From the NCBI GenBank assembly GCA_050230475.1, contig JBFLGF010000222.1, forward strand, positions 1 to 59,520: a DNA stretch of 59,520 nt. Direction: 5' to 3'. The translations under genes and the position numbers were made by a program. The notes below the pieces were generated by a model that saw only the letters and a list, made by a program, of their open reading frames with translations, was not told the DNA's origin and ran no database searches. Origin of the DNA: Ancylonema sp. (lineage: Eukaryota). Of this stretch, positions 1 to 13,450 are shown piece by piece; the first letter of the stretch is position 1, and each line of letters starts with the position of its first letter.

Positions 1-2537
1 GACAGTTTGGCTTTGTATGTAATTCACGAGAAGTCGGAGAGCCGGCGAATTTAAGACGTGTACGGCAGGCAAGGGATTGGCCCACTATGGCTGATCCTTC
101 AACAGTGGATGTTGCTTTATTTTCGAGCGCGCAATTCTCAGCTGGTCTACAATCTTCGGGGTAAAGTGGAGCAGCTTCATGGCCTCCCACTCCAATGAAC
201 CGGTCACAGACTTGGAGCTTCCCTCGCCTGCTCGAAGGTCATTCATAGATACTTGGCGCGCATGGTAAGCGAGCGCCCTTGCTCGTTGTCAGTAACACAG
301 TATTTCCATGTGTTTCCAAATTTGCCGCATTGATGTCGCATTCTCAAAAGCATATTTACTTCGGTGCGTGTGTGTTAGTATGATCAGTTCGCAAATTGTC
401 ATTTAGGATCAGTTCGTGGATGCCGTCTCTGCATAAACTCCGGAAGTACACCCAGCTATAGAGATTTTAACATAGCCTCATTATTGATTAATACAGTCAT
501 ATCACCTTCGCCGTGCTATGCACACTCGCAGTGTTTTAAGCCAAGGTTGGTCAACAAGCACGCTGACTCTTTTCCGTATCTTGCGAAAAATCTACAGGTG
601 CCCTATGAGGAATAGTAAGCTCCGCAACCTCGTTCCTCCATCCGCCTTCCCACCCTCCTCTTCCATCCGCGTCCTCCTTCTTGAGTGCGACGATATCTGT
701 GAAGTCTTAAAAACGATTGCAGACAACATGCCCCCCGGGGTGGGCCCCGCTACATCGACGACCGTCGATTCCGATCCATCAGCCTGTAGTCACTTTACGT
801 TTGTCGTGACAGGCGAATCGCATATGGCGATGGCACGTGTCGTCCTCCTCATCTATATGGCCCGGACCCTCGACCACAATCTGTCTGCTGACGTGGATAT
901 TTTCTGGTGCGTGTGGTGCAACCTCAGCCTCTCTCGATCCTAGCTGACCCGGCTCCAGGACATGACCAACCTCGTACTAGCCAGTGACGTCACCCAGCTA
1001 CGCGGCTGGGGAATATATGTTCCGAACGAGAGCGACCTAAACGCCCTAACGAAGGTGTGGCAATTTTGGTGCGGTACGGAAGTCCTTTCCTTTGAACACG
1101 TGGCACTACTCCGCAAGAATTACCTGTCCAGATGCGCCCGCTGGCACGGCGAGAGAGCGGAGTGGAGCGGTCGTTCTAACGACGGCCCCGATTTCGCGTT
1201 TGAAGACCCTCTTTTGAACGTGGTTGACCACACCATGGACGTACTCCTTCCCCTCAAAAGAGACCTGAAAACGGATGCGGGCCGGACTATCGAAAAGGAG
1301 GTCCAATCATGGTACAAAACAGGTCTAACGCAGACGGATACCCGACCCCCTGAAGCCTTACTCGCCAATCCCACCCTGCTCGACCCCTGTGACGGCTCTT
1401 GGTACATCCACTGGGAAACTTGCCCCTTCCGGGCGTTCCTCCCGAACTCGAAAGCCTTCAAAAAGAAGGTTCTAGAAGGGAAGAAGGCAAATGTGGCGGC
1501 TCCCTTGGCCAAAGCTTGCCAGGGCGAGCTGAAGGGATATCTGAAAGCCTTCTCCACCTACTGCGGTAGGGGGAAGGTGAAGGTGGAGGTGAGGTTGGGG
1601 GACCCCTGGCAGTTGACTCTCTATCACCTCCCGGGTATCCTGAAAGGCGGTGTTGATGTGATCAGCACACAGAAGTTGGTGGACTCTGGGGGGTGCTCAA
1701 CGTGTTACTCACCTCCGGACCGCTTTTGAAAAGGTGAGTCGTCTGTATAGGCACACGGTCACAGTATAGTCACACAGAGTTGGGTGGCAGTCAGGCAGTT
1801 GGGTGGAGAACGTGCAGAACTAAGACGGACATTCTATTTTTTCGCCAATTTTGGGTCATTTTGTTTTTTGTTTTTGGTTTTTTTTGCTTTCATGGTGAGA
1901 AAGACTCGTGCAGGTGTGCACTGTGATAAGTTCCAACTCACTGTGAATACGTGCTCTCTCACACCCTCTGAAACTGTCGCATGTGGAAAGCACCTAAAGA
2001 CCACGTTGACAATATTAAAAAAACCTGGTGACGAATTTGCAGAGCAAAACTACATTCCGACCACTCTTTGTTCTTTTCAACAACAACCCATCTTCCTCTC
2101 CTCTCATCCCCCCCCCCCCACCAACCCCCCTCTCCCCGCTCCCCCTCCCCCCCTTCCAGCGCCCCCACCTCCCGCCTCTACACGGTTACCCGCTACTGGT
2201 ACCAAATGTTTCCCACACTGCAATCCTTCCTGTCCGCCTCCCTCCCCTTCCCCCTCCCCCTCCTCCCCACCCTCCTCCACCTCCGCCTCTTCACAGAGCT
2301 GCAATTTTCGGTTCCAGGGGACACGGCCCTGTCTCTGCACGCCCTGGACCTCACCCAATGCGAACCGAAGCTGGAAAGTGTGCTGGAGTGGCGGGCCGCG
2401 GGCTGGGGGCTGGGGGTTGGGGGGTGGGAGGGCCACGTGCCTCCAACCGAAATCGCCATCGTGTTCCCTCCCTAGCAACACGTGGGATCTTTCTCGGATT
2501 CATCCAGGGGGGGACGAGAAGACGGGGGGGACGAGGG

Positions 2538-4163
2538 TAGGGATCGGCGAGCGCAGTGGCAGCCCTTGCGCTCAGCGCTCCGAGCTAATTGAGCGCAAGA
2601 TCACGCTCATGAGCGTATTAGAGCGCAAAATGAGCGCATGAGCCCATGAGCGTATTAGAGCGCAAAATGAGCGCATGAGCGCGTGAGCGTATTAGAACGC
2701 ATAATGAGCGTATGAGCGCATGAGCGCAAAATGACATGCGTGAATAATGGCCATATAATTAAAAGGGGTCTTAGGATTAGGGTTGTTACCTCCGCGCCAA
2801 CCGCGCGGCGGCCAACCGCGCAACCGCGCGGTGGCCAACCCCGACCGCGCTCATATAGGTAACGGTTGGCCCACCCGGGTGGCTTTTGGCCACCCGCACG
2901 CCAACTCCCACCCGGTTGGCGAACCCCCACCCGGGTGGGATGCGATTGGGGCGGTAGGGTTGCGGTTGGGGTGCGGTTGGGTGCGGTTGGGTGCGGTTGG
3001 GTATTTTCCAAAAAAAGAAAAGATTTTTTTTTTTTTTTAAAATTTTATTTTGTATCCTCTCCGTCTCCGTTTATAATATAATATGGCGTACAAACTCCGT
3101 ATCATACTTTTTTATTTCAATATCTTTGTATCATACGTGTAGGGTTCCTTTCGGATACTTTTCGGTTCCTACATATAATTATGACCTTTCACGTGCTCAT
3201 TTTGTGAACCATCCCATACACATTTACGATGTGTACTTGTTTATAACGTTTGTTGAACACATACATCATTCTACCACCCTCGTAAATTTCCATTCCCCCC
3301 CCCCCCTCACAATTCTCCACATTTTAATAGAGCGTTCATAAAGGGATTTCAAGGGGACATTAACAATGTGTTCATATTGTTTACTCTACCAATAAGAATA
3401 TATATGTTGTCTATAAGAAGAGGTCAAGAAGACAAGAAGTATAGAGGACGAACATCAGAATGGTACAAAGAAGGGAAGAACGGATTCGGTGGCAGAGGAG
3501 CCTTCCCATACATGAACTACGTGTGTCGGTATTTAACTTCTAGTAGTTCTTTTAAAAAGAACGACGTTTTTTTTTTAACGTAGTTCTTGAAATTTTCGTG
3601 TTGCAATTCAATTTTGGACCCTACTTGTGAATTTAGATTTATGATTTTTTCGTTAATTTTTGCCATTTTCCCAACCGCCCAACCGCATCCCACCCGGGTG
3701 GCACCTTCCCAACCGGGTGGCGGTTGGAATGCAGTTGGGAAAATGCCATCCGGTTGGGCCCAACTGAAACGGTTGGGTGCGGTTGGGCGCGGATGGTACT
3801 TTACCTACCGCGGTGAAAAATGCGGAGGTAACAACCCTACTTAGGATACGCCGGAAATAATGCGCTCATACGCTCATGAGAGAATGATCTTGAGAACATG
3901 CGCTCGCCGGTCCGAGTTGCGCGGCCAACCAAACATTCTGGCGGCTCTCCAATCCAGAAGTTTTGCATAATGTGCGCATAATGAGCGCATGAGCGCTAAA
4001 TGAGCGTATGAGCGCATGAGCGCTTCAAAAATCATGCGCTCTAATACGCTCACGCTCATGAGCTGCGCTCATCGCAGATTTTGGGGATGCCTGCACTCAT
4101 GCGCTCATGAGCGCATGATTCTGCACTCATGCGCTCGCTGCGCTCTGCGCTCGCCGATCCCTA
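2538..4163. mobile_element. Non-autonomous hAT-like element (outer), inserted in a MYND-gene exon
   Basis: 19-bp perfect TIR TAGGGATCGGCGAGCGCAG / CTGCGCTCGCCGATCCCTA. 8-bp TSD GACGAGGG (2530-2537) / GAAGAGGG (4164-4171), 7/8 match. Dense subterminal ATGAGCG(C) repeats at both ends. Confidence 0.92.
2778..3839. mobile_element. Non-autonomous hAT-like element (inner), nested in the previous one
   Basis: 18-bp perfect TIR TAGGGTTGTTACCTCCGC / GCGGAGGTAACAACCCTA. Perfect 8-bp TSD CTTAGGAT (2770-2777, 3840-3847). Subterminal CCAACCG/CGGTTGG repeats and an AT-rich core. Confidence 0.95.
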
Positions 4164-5220
4164 GAAGAGGGGCGTCTCCAGGTGCACACGTTCAAAAGGC
4201 CCTGTGGGGTGTATGAGGCGCACAGGAAATGCGACTCCCTCTGCTTTCCCCACTGTTGGACGGCGCCGAACTTGCAGATGGTGAGATGTACGCCTCTCAC
4301 CCTCTGTCTTCTTGTACGATGCGTTCTGGACCAACTCGACCCCGATTCCCGTTCCCACCTGAATTGGGAGGATCTGGCCCCCTCACCCACACCCACCCGC
4401 TCTGACAGGTTCAGGTTGGGGTTAAGGGCCATGTGGACGCTGGTCGCACCCGAGAGGCACCTGGTTGCGTGCAGGGGGGTGGGGGCGGGGGGGGGGGTGC
4501 GCTGGGGGTGGTTCTGTACGAGTGGTGGGGGGGGGAGTCTCGTGTCTTCCCGTCTATCGACCAAGTAGCGGTTATCGAGAGACTTTGTTTGGTGGAGTAT
4601 CCGAACGGACTCCCCCCAACTGAGGATCGAGCGGGATTGAGACACGATCCGATGATGAAGTATGAGGACGGAGGGGGGGTGCACCTGGTCGACTGCATGT
4701 ACCTGTACGCCACGTCATCATCGTGCGTCCGTTTCATTCTGCCCTCCGACCACGGGCTTGACCCTGAGAAGGTACTTGTGTTCCTCGTACCAGTCGACGA
4801 ACGCTTTGGTACCCTCCCTCTCCCCATGGCGGGTTTCAAGGAAACTGCCGTGCAACTTCCCGTCACGGATCCGGGCATCCTCCAGAAGTCGGATGAGGGG
4901 CTGGAGGGGGGTCCCAGTCTTGCGCCAGGAGAGGGGGGGGGTGGGGGTGGGGGTGGGCAGCTGCGGGTGGTGGGTGTGGCTGAGTACGGGGAGTGTTACC
5001 GTGCAGTGGTGGAGATACCCGTGGGGGTGGGGGGGGCGGCGAGGGTAGAGGGGAGGGGCGGGGATATCGAGTGGGGGGCGGAGGAAGTCGTGGTCACTCT
5101 GGGGAGGTGAGTGGGGGGGGGGAGGGGGGGATTGCTGCACGTGCTGTGGACTCTCTGACTGTGGTCACATTATGGGGGATGGCCAAAGACTGTTCACGAG
5201 TTTTGGGTAACAATTGGGTT

Positions 5221-5412
5221 GGGGTCAGGGTCAGGTTCTGGTTCTGATTCTAGGTTGACGTTCAGGTTGCTGATTTAGATTCAGGTCCAGGTCAGAATTC
5301 AGGTTCAGGTTCAGGGTCAGGTTCAGGTTCAGGTTCAGATTCTGGTTCAGGTTGAGATTCAGAACTCTGGTTCAGGTCCAGGTTCAGAATCAGGTTCTGG
5401 TTCAGGTTGTAG
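5221..5412. repeat. Degenerate (TTCAGG)n hexamer microsatellite in an intron
   Basis: Tandem ttcagg/gtcagg/ttctgg units. Confidence 0.85.
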
Positions 5413-7139
5413 GTTAGCCTGACTTTTCTCCCTTGCATCCTTCTTTCCGTCCGCAGTCTGCGGACACTTCTCTCCTTCGCCTGGCCCGTCCACCATCAAA
5501 CTGCCGTTGTCCAGGTGGCGCGAAAGCGGGGGTGGATGACGTGTACACTCCTCAAGGCCGCCAGGTGGCGTCTCCCCGCTCCTGAAATAGCAGCTATCAA
5601 GGCGGGACTGGTGGCGATGGTGCCGTGGGAAGGGGATACAAAACACCTGTTCCAGAATGCCCTTAGCCAACTGTTGACCTCCCAAGAATGGCAGGCTTCC
5701 AGGTTGATCGACGGCCGACAGATTTCGCCTTTTTCGGCTCTCCGCCGCTGGATATTCGCCGCTTTCCCCTCAACTCATTGGGCGAATCCGTTCATGTTTT
5801 TGGTGGTGGACGAGGTGGAGGAGTGTGGCCCTGTGGCCCTGTGAGAAGGCCCTGTGGAGAGACGAGTGGAGGAGGCCCGTGGCAGAGATTGTGTATCTGG
5901 ACATGGAGAGGGCGGGGGAGAAGATATGGGAGAGGGCCATTTGCGAGACCGCAGAAAGAGTGATCGATACCCGTACCCGCAACCAGGGGAATCTAGCAAC
6001 AGTCCCTCACCCCCGCCCCGTGTTGAGGCTGCTGAGGGAGCTGCTCTGTTACTGCCACGACTTCACTGACCCCTCGGATTGGCAGTAGGGGGCGGTGGGG
6101 GAGGATGAGCGGTTCTGGCGAGCCGCGTATATGCCCATGTTGGATGCGACCTCGGGGGGTGACGTCATCCTTGACATGCCCCTCAATCCGTACGAGCTGA
6201 AAAAAAAAATGTCTCCAGGTTCCACGTCCAAAGGAGGTTCTGGGGGGGATGCATGTACGGAAGGTGTCTCTTTCCAAGGGCTGTCAGGGGAGAGAGGTTG
6301 GGCGGAAGGGGAGGCGGCGGGGAAGGGAGAGGAGGAGAGGAAAAGGGCGGGGCGGGTCGGGGGCGGGGGCGGGGGCGGGGGCGGGGCAAGGAAGGCATGC
6401 TTGGAGAGGTGTGACAGGTGCGGGGTAGGAAGTAAGGAGAAGAAGTTGTTAAGGTGTGCGCGGTGTCTGGCGGTGGGGTACTGTAGGAAGGAGTGCCAAA
6501 AGAAAAGTTGGGAGCAACATCGATTAAGGTGTCCTAAGAAAGAGGAGGCATAGAACACGGTTCTCTCAAAGAATGGCACCTGTCGTAATGGTACAATTGG
6601 AAAAGTGGATAAGGTTCTTGATTTGCGAGTTGTTCCTGTTTACATGTATGCATCACTGGTATGGATTGTTCATCTACAATACTACAATACAATACAATAC
6701 TACGAACAATATCCAAGCCTCGGTCGGTTTCTACAGAGAAGGTTTAATTTGCGGCAATTTTTTATCGTCCTTGTTTTCATTCGTGCATATTTGTATTTGT
6801 AGCTGAACGTACTCCCCTCATTCCATCCACATACAACTTGGCACACGTCCTAAGGGACTGTAGATCGTTGTAGCGAGAAGGGTTCACTTTCACATTAGGG
6901 TGAGCCTTGCCTTGATTACCCTCACCTTGACGACACGAAAAATACGTGCTATGGCTGGAAGTACACGTGATGATAACTAGATCACGCGCGGGGTTCTTTT
7001 TAAGCCCCCGTGAACCTTGTGAACGTGTGAACACACGTGTGACGATCCGTTGTACGTGTCTCGAGAAACTCGGAAAGGTTGAGAGGAAAACCGGTATTGA
7101 TTACGTGGTAGTCGTTATCAAGACATATATGGCACAAAG

Positions 7140-8023
7140 TATAGTTGCTCGGACCGGTGGACCGAGGTCCCGAGGTCCTGACTCCGTCCTTATAGGTCAT
7201 TTGGAATGGTTGTAAGTTCTCCATGTTATTTCATTTTCCATATGTTACAATGTAATGCTCAAATGATGCTCATGTGAGGCTTAAAAAAATGTGATTAAGG
7301 GGAACCGTATCATGCAATTAATTAAAAGTAGAAACCTCCTGGAATTGTTTTCCACGCTCACTACCTTGTATTTAAACTTCTCTCCAGCTTACAATTACAT
7401 TCCTCACTTCTCACTTTCGTATTCCACATAAAAAAATGGGTAACTTCCCTATATATAATATGCTTTCCTTCTTAGAATCTATCCTTGCCTACAACTCCAT
7501 ACTTCTATAAAAAGAAAAAAAGAAAAACATTACGATTACGATTCAAACCAAAATTTTGCTACCCAAAGTGAGGCGTGTTCAAATTTAAAGAAGGCGTGAG
7601 GCGTGTTCAAATGATCAATCACGTGGAATTATTATACTAACCAATGAAACTCAGTTTAGAAAACCATGTTTTATCGTCATTCCCTTTGATTATGCTATCG
7701 GATGGTGAGTTTTAATGCCAGAATTTTAACAGTTTTGTCAATTTCGATTCTCACCACTCAATCAATAAACGGTGGTTGGATATGAACATGCTATGTTAAT
7801 TTATAAATGTTTTCAATTCTGCTACAACTGCGCAAGCCACAAATGACACATGTATATCACACGTGTAGGTACAGAAAAAACATGAAGCCCCACGTCCTTT
7901 TTCCCCGCGGAGAAATTGCCTGGCAAAAAAACCCTAAGAGATCCCTGGTCCGATCGAGTCTCGACTCCAGACCCGGTCCAACCGCGGTCCGAAAATCGAA
8001 TGTTGCCGGTCCGTGCAACTATG
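7140..8023. mobile_element. hAT-like MITE, CATAGTTGCACGGACCGG family
   Basis: TIR TATAGTTGCTCGGACCGG / CCGGTCCGTGCAACTATG (16/18). Perfect 8-bp TSD GCACAAAG (7132-7139, 8024-8031). GGACC/GGTCC subterminal motifs. Confidence 0.9.
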
Positions 8024-8178
8024 GCACAAAGTCACCATCGGAGATATAGTGGGGAAGTTATTGACGATTTTAAAGGGGATGAGTACATGAGGAAAAGGAA
8101 TGTCTTGTAGGTGGATGGAACACGACGGACAAAATGATGACTACAATGTGGTGGCGTAGGCGCTCATTCTCTATAGCC

Positions 8179-8290
8179 CATAGTTACCCGAACCGGAAAA
8201 TTCAGATTATGGAACCGAGGTCCGCCCCGGTCCGAGATGCGGATCGGGACGGACCGCGTGGTTCTTAGGGTTTTTTTGTGGCGGGCATTT
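8179..8290. mobile_element. Orphan end of the same hAT-like MITE family
   Basis: CATAGTTACCCGAACCGG followed by GGTCC motifs and CTTAGGGTTTTTTTG. It is an inverted homolog of about 7920-8023. No partner end found. Confidence 0.65.
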
Positions 8291-9880
8291 TTGGGGCGTT
8301 TTGCGGGTTGTGTTTTTTGTTATGTTTTTTTTCCAAAGGCATCTACAACCGTCCATTTTGCAAAACAAAAACGTTGATATATTGAATATAATGGTGGTCT
8401 TTCAAACTAGGTACACACCCTCTCATTGAAAATATAGTGGGGGGGAAGTTGTTGAGCTTTCAATTTTGTGTGATAACTTGTCGCTAATGGTAATGCACAA
8501 GATAAACTAGCCACGTAATTTAAGTCCGACATATTTTCTACACGGTTCCCCCCCCCAACTCCCCTAACTTGTTCAAAACTGATACAAAATTTGTCAAAAG
8601 TAAACCAATGACGATCGGATTGGCGGCTACCGGACCACAATTAATTCTTGGTCACACCTGGGTACAACCACCTCTGTGTTTTAAGAAAAAACCCGAATAT
8701 ATCCATTTTATGATGTTCACCCTCTATGCCGGATTTTGGAATTGATGTCGTTACCCACTCCCGAATAATGAATTATTTAATTCGACCCGACCCGCCCTTA
8801 TCATAATTATTTACGGATATCCATGGTATCTATGCAGTGGAGGTGATGTGCTGATTGTTGGTCCGCGCGTGGGCGCCGCCCGGAGCTAAACCGCCCAGGG
8901 GCCCGGGGAGAAATTTGCGCGGCGTATGATTTCAGCTCAGCCTCCGAGCCCAGAATTCCGAGGCTCTGAACACTTCACGCGCACGGGAAATGCACAACTA
9001 TGGGTACGACGATCATCATTGTTGTCCGTAGTTAAACGATACAATATACTCGTAGGTCAAAGAAAATCACCTCCTCGTCCTGTGCAGAACAGTTCATTCC
9101 GTATCTCTGAATTTTGTATAGGAAGAGACGCAGCTTTCAGAGCGCGTTTGTAGACTGAGACTGTTGCCACTCGAAAATAACAGGCAACGCCAATTCGCAG
9201 CGCTTACCCTTTGATTTTACCCTGGTGGTTGAATTTGAAGTAAGTGAAAAATTCCGTTACCCTCCCTGCCGTGTTTTGTGAACGAGATTGTGATTCTAGT
9301 TCCATTCAGAGGAACTTGTGTAGCAGAGTGGGGCCATCTGCGCAAAACGCAAATGTCGCGGATTATATGTATTTTATGTGCGCAATGCCTTTTCTGTGCT
9401 TATAAATTTGTGAAAAGAGTCATTGGTTCTTGGAGTAGTATATGAGCACTCGATTTTGTCTGAATTCATGCACCAAAAAGCCTCGCGCTACACTCATATC
9501 GCATTGCCTAATTTACTTTACAGCAACGCTTTAGAGAACGAATATGGTGCTGCTGCTGCGTCAGTAGCAGCACCATGTTAGTGCAGTGCATTTACATGAT
9601 ATTCCCTTGTTTCGGAAGTAAACTCTGATAACTTTTTTGTCCCTCCCATTCTTTTTCGCGATAGTATCGCATTACAATTCAAAGAGGGTGTGGGTCACGA
9701 AAAACGCCTGGGCGGGGTGTCGAAAAACGCCTGGCCTTTAATCCCGCGCGAGGGCGGGATTGAAGGGAATATAGAACAAGCGCGGCCAGGTTTTGAGAAG
9801 CTGAGTCCGAAAATTCAGTGCGCGAGGGAAGTCAGAGGCGGGTCGATCAGGAAGAGGCACCGGCCTTCAGGTTTGGGTTG

Positions 9881-11377
9881 ATGGCGTATCAGGTGGGAGA
9901 CGCTCTGCCAGAGGGGTGTGAGTCAGACCATGTCGGTGGACTAGATGGAGAAGGGATGGATTCGAAGGTTTTGGATGCAGATTCGCTTGTTAAGATACTC
10001 TCGTATCTTCCCTTACAGGAGTTGTTTGAGAAGATGTTGGTGAGCAAGGAGTGGGATTATCTTGTGAGAGAACGGAGTTTACAATGGAAGAAGGTGGAGG
10101 TGCACCGCAAGTGGAGTATGGATAGCGGACGTGGAGAGGTAGTCCATCAAATGATTTCGCGGGTGTTGGGACTGGCGGAATTCGTCTCGTTCTCAAGGGA
10201 CTTCAGTTACAACCATACCTACATTGCGTCCGTAGGAGAGATGTTTGGGTCGAATCTGAGGAGTATTGAGCTGCAGAACGAGATGGAGGACCCTATTTTC
10301 CTCTCACGACTCTGCCCGAATCTCGAGTCGCTGTTGGTGAAGGGAGAACCCACAGGCGGCCCTTCTGCTCCCATTCGCATCTGCCACTCGAGATTGAGGA
10401 TTCTCGAGCTTCGATGCGCGTTTCCCCGGCCTCTCACTGTCCATTGCCCAAATCTGACTCACCTCTCTACTGCAGGCGACAACAACGACTTTCTTGTTTT
10501 TTTTGGGATTCTAGGAGCTGAAATGGCCCCGTCGCTCCACTGTCCGCCGCTCAAAACTCTTCGACTTTCCTCCCTTCACTCTCATATAGATGTGTTACAC
10601 GCAATGGCTGCTCACGCCCCCAACATCAGGCACCTCGACACTTACTGGAGTGGCAACAACCTCGATTACTCCTCTCGCTTCCTGGCTCTCAAAGTACTGG
10701 AATCGAAAAATTGTGGGGAGATGTTTTGGCAAGATTTCGGAGAGTCGCCCCATCTAGAGCGCCTCTTGTTACATGGCTATGACATCTGGTACCGCGTGGG
10801 GGTGGAGCATCAAGGTTTAAGGTCGCTTGAGATCATGTGGGGGGTCACATGCCATACCCTAAAGGGTCCCTCACTGGACATCTGAAGCTATTTGGCGAGG
10901 AAATCGAAAGAGGGTGCATTGAGACTCTGAACTCTACATGCGAACGACTCCAAACGTTACTGATAACAAGGGATGCGGATAGCGAGGAGGAGGTTGGTGA
11001 ATTGCATTTTCATCATGAGACATTGACAAGCTTAGAGTTAGTGAATTTGTCGTACGCCCCCATGGACATCGTTTGCCCTGCTTTGGAGAAGATGGTCATG
11101 AGGTGGGAGTTTGATGAGGACAAAGATCTGACTTCCCTCCATGTAGAATGCGCAAATCTTTGTTGTCTTCACCTTTGTGGATACACGGTCGATACGTCTT
11201 GCCTGTCCTCAATCCTGTATGTGCTCCCGATCGTGGAGGTTCTTGTTCTTTTCAAGGTTTGTTGCGAGAGCGCGGGAGTTGGTGATAGAAGATTGCAAAA
11301 TGGACAAAGTGGTTTTGTGTATGCCTAGTTTGGTACACGTGAAATGCGTCAAGTCCAAAGTGCAAGTATTTCATTGA
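9881..11377 (+). pseudogene. Intronless F-box / LRR(RNI)-like protein, frameshifted
   Basis: F-box LDADSLVKILSYLPLQELFEKMLVSKEW followed by LxxLxL-type repeats (CPNLESLLV, CPNLTHLS, CPALEKM, CANLCCLHL). The frame shifts near 10875 and 11265. Decayed coding sequence may extend to about 11664. Confidence 0.75.
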
Positions 11378-12830
11378 AGGCTCGAGAGAGATGGTGACTT
11401 TGAATTCCACCGACGTGGGTGCTTCATATGAGAGGGAATAATAGCTTTGAGTCCACGATAGGAGTGGGATCTATGGATCGCGGATGGAACAATACACATG
11501 TTCCATGACTTGCATTTTGGGAGTTGTGTAAATGATAGCCTTTGGGTAATTGGAGGTCGTGAATGGAACAAGACACATGTTAACCAACTCGTTCCGGGGA
11601 ATTTTGTGATGATAGTATTTGGTGGTTTTTTCAGGACAATCAATCAAGTGCTCCTTGCAAAATAGTCCGAGAGGCGCAATCGTTGTATATCAGGTCAAGA
11701 GTGATGTGTCCATGTTGCACACGATTTTGAGTATCTCACAAATAAATATCAAGCAACGAGTATGAACACATGAGAGTCACACATGAAGAGGTATAAAATG
11801 GAAATCTTGTGTTTCTTGTCTCATTAATCGGTGTACACATATGAAATGTGTGGGGTGCAAATCTAGCTGCTATGGGTGTATTAGACTTCAACATTGTGAG
11901 ATGTGGACACCCCGCGATTTAGGAACCAAGTGAATCGTTTGACCTTTGGCACTTCTTCGATATTATGTGAATGTTGTTGTGCAACACACATGCAACTTAA
12001 AAATTACATGATTGCACAACATCTCTCAGTCCTCTTTGGGCTCTTGCGACGCGTGTGGTAGACAGCGAAAGAGTGGATACAACTAATGACTTTCCGTGTA
12101 GCACGCCGATTCCGAAACCTTACGGGACGATCAAACGTGTCCGGAACGCGTGTTCGGAAGGCAAATTGAACAAACAAAAGAACACGTTTGGAAAGAGAAC
12201 AACACGCTCCAGACCACGTGCGCACAAAGCGACAACGCATGTAACGGGTAACCTCATAGTCATGTGCATCACGTGTATAATTATTATAATTACCGTCTTT
12301 AAAGGTAAACTTACCGTAATATTACAAATTACATCGATTTGCTCAATTACGTAATCATGGCCAAAATGGCGATTACACGTAATACATAAGGATTTTGATT
12401 AGAGTTATTGAATAAATAAATAAAATGGTGTGCGGATAGTTTTTTTCCCCCAATATTTAAAATATTTAGTTTGCATATTTATGTGTCCAACATGAACGGA
12501 GTTATCAATGTTATTATCGAGATGTGTACCGAAATAACTTACCTTGTCGTCCCTTCGATATCAATACACCATATTTTACCTTACCATGTTATAGTGCATC
12601 ATCTCCCCTCAAGTTTAATATTCCATTTCTTTCTCAACCTACTTCCACTGCTAGATGTGGCCTTTTCTCATTCACAAAATGCAATGTTAACCTTATATTT
12701 TCTATCAACAAGTAAAAACCTATTACAAACTTGCATTGCTATCGTGTTGGCAATGTGTAGCTTAGAGAATGTTTTGTTGTTTTATTTCCCGGATATACAC
12801 ACACACATAAACCACATATTTCAACTAATA

Positions 12831-13450
12831 CAGTGCTCCCTCGATGTAACGGCATTTTTTTCCCCATAAAAGTGTCGTTATATCGAGGTGTCGCGTTATA
12901 CACTGTTTAACGACATCTACTACTAGAATCTGAAATCTATGTCGTTGTATCGAGGGACTTTGAGAATGAAGCAAAGAGAATAAGCAAGTGTGTTTATTAT
13001 GTGTTTCCTAGAGTAAGTTGCCTTGTCATGATTATTAAATTCAGCGTGTGTATTGATATACGAGCTATACAAGTGCGTCATGATAAATACATGCGGATGG
13101 ACAAAATATACCACAAAATTTTACGAGGAGAGTTGGGGAGGTATTAAGGTTGTTACAAAGCAACGCCGGACACGCACATTCTATTGGACCTATATAGAAT
13201 TCTATATAGAATTTGAGGTGCCGTTCTATATTTATCTCGATTTCCATACATCGTTATCTGCGAGCATGCGAGCAATAGCGTTATATACACAGTATAACGA
13301 CATTCAGTAAAAAATTTCTGAAATAATTTGTCATTATATAGAGTGTCGTTATGCTTATATCGAGGGCGATTTCATATTGATTTTAGCAAAAAACTGTCGT
13401 TATACCGAGGTTGTCGTTATAACGAGGGTCGTTATATCGAGGGAGCACAG
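12831..13450. mobile_element. pogo/Tigger-like (Tc1/mariner) MITE
   Basis: TIR CAGTGCTCCCTCGATGTAACG / CGTTATATCGAGGGAGCACAG (19/21), flanked by TA on both sides. Repeated GTCGTTATA subterminal motif. Confidence 0.9.

Larger units (their letters stand above)
87..6553 (+). pseudogene. Disrupted multi-exon gene: DUF4470-like region plus C-terminal MYND zinc finger
   Basis: The MYND motif CDRC..LLRCARCLAVGYCRKECQKKSWEQHRLRC ends at 6553. DUF4470-like motifs IRVLLLECDD, MARVVLLIY and (after a frameshift near 1690) VLNVLLTSGPLLK are present. In-frame TAG at 941-943, 2473-2475 and 6086-6088, plus frameshifts in G-runs. One exon is split by the 2538-4163 insertion. Introns at about 1733-2159 and 5107-5457. 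The 5' end at 87 is tentative. Confidence 0.75.

Noticed and set aside
1784..5140. Pro-rich and Gly-rich ORFs in alternative frames
   Set aside because: By-products of C/G homopolymer runs and MITE repeats overlapping the MYND pseudogene.
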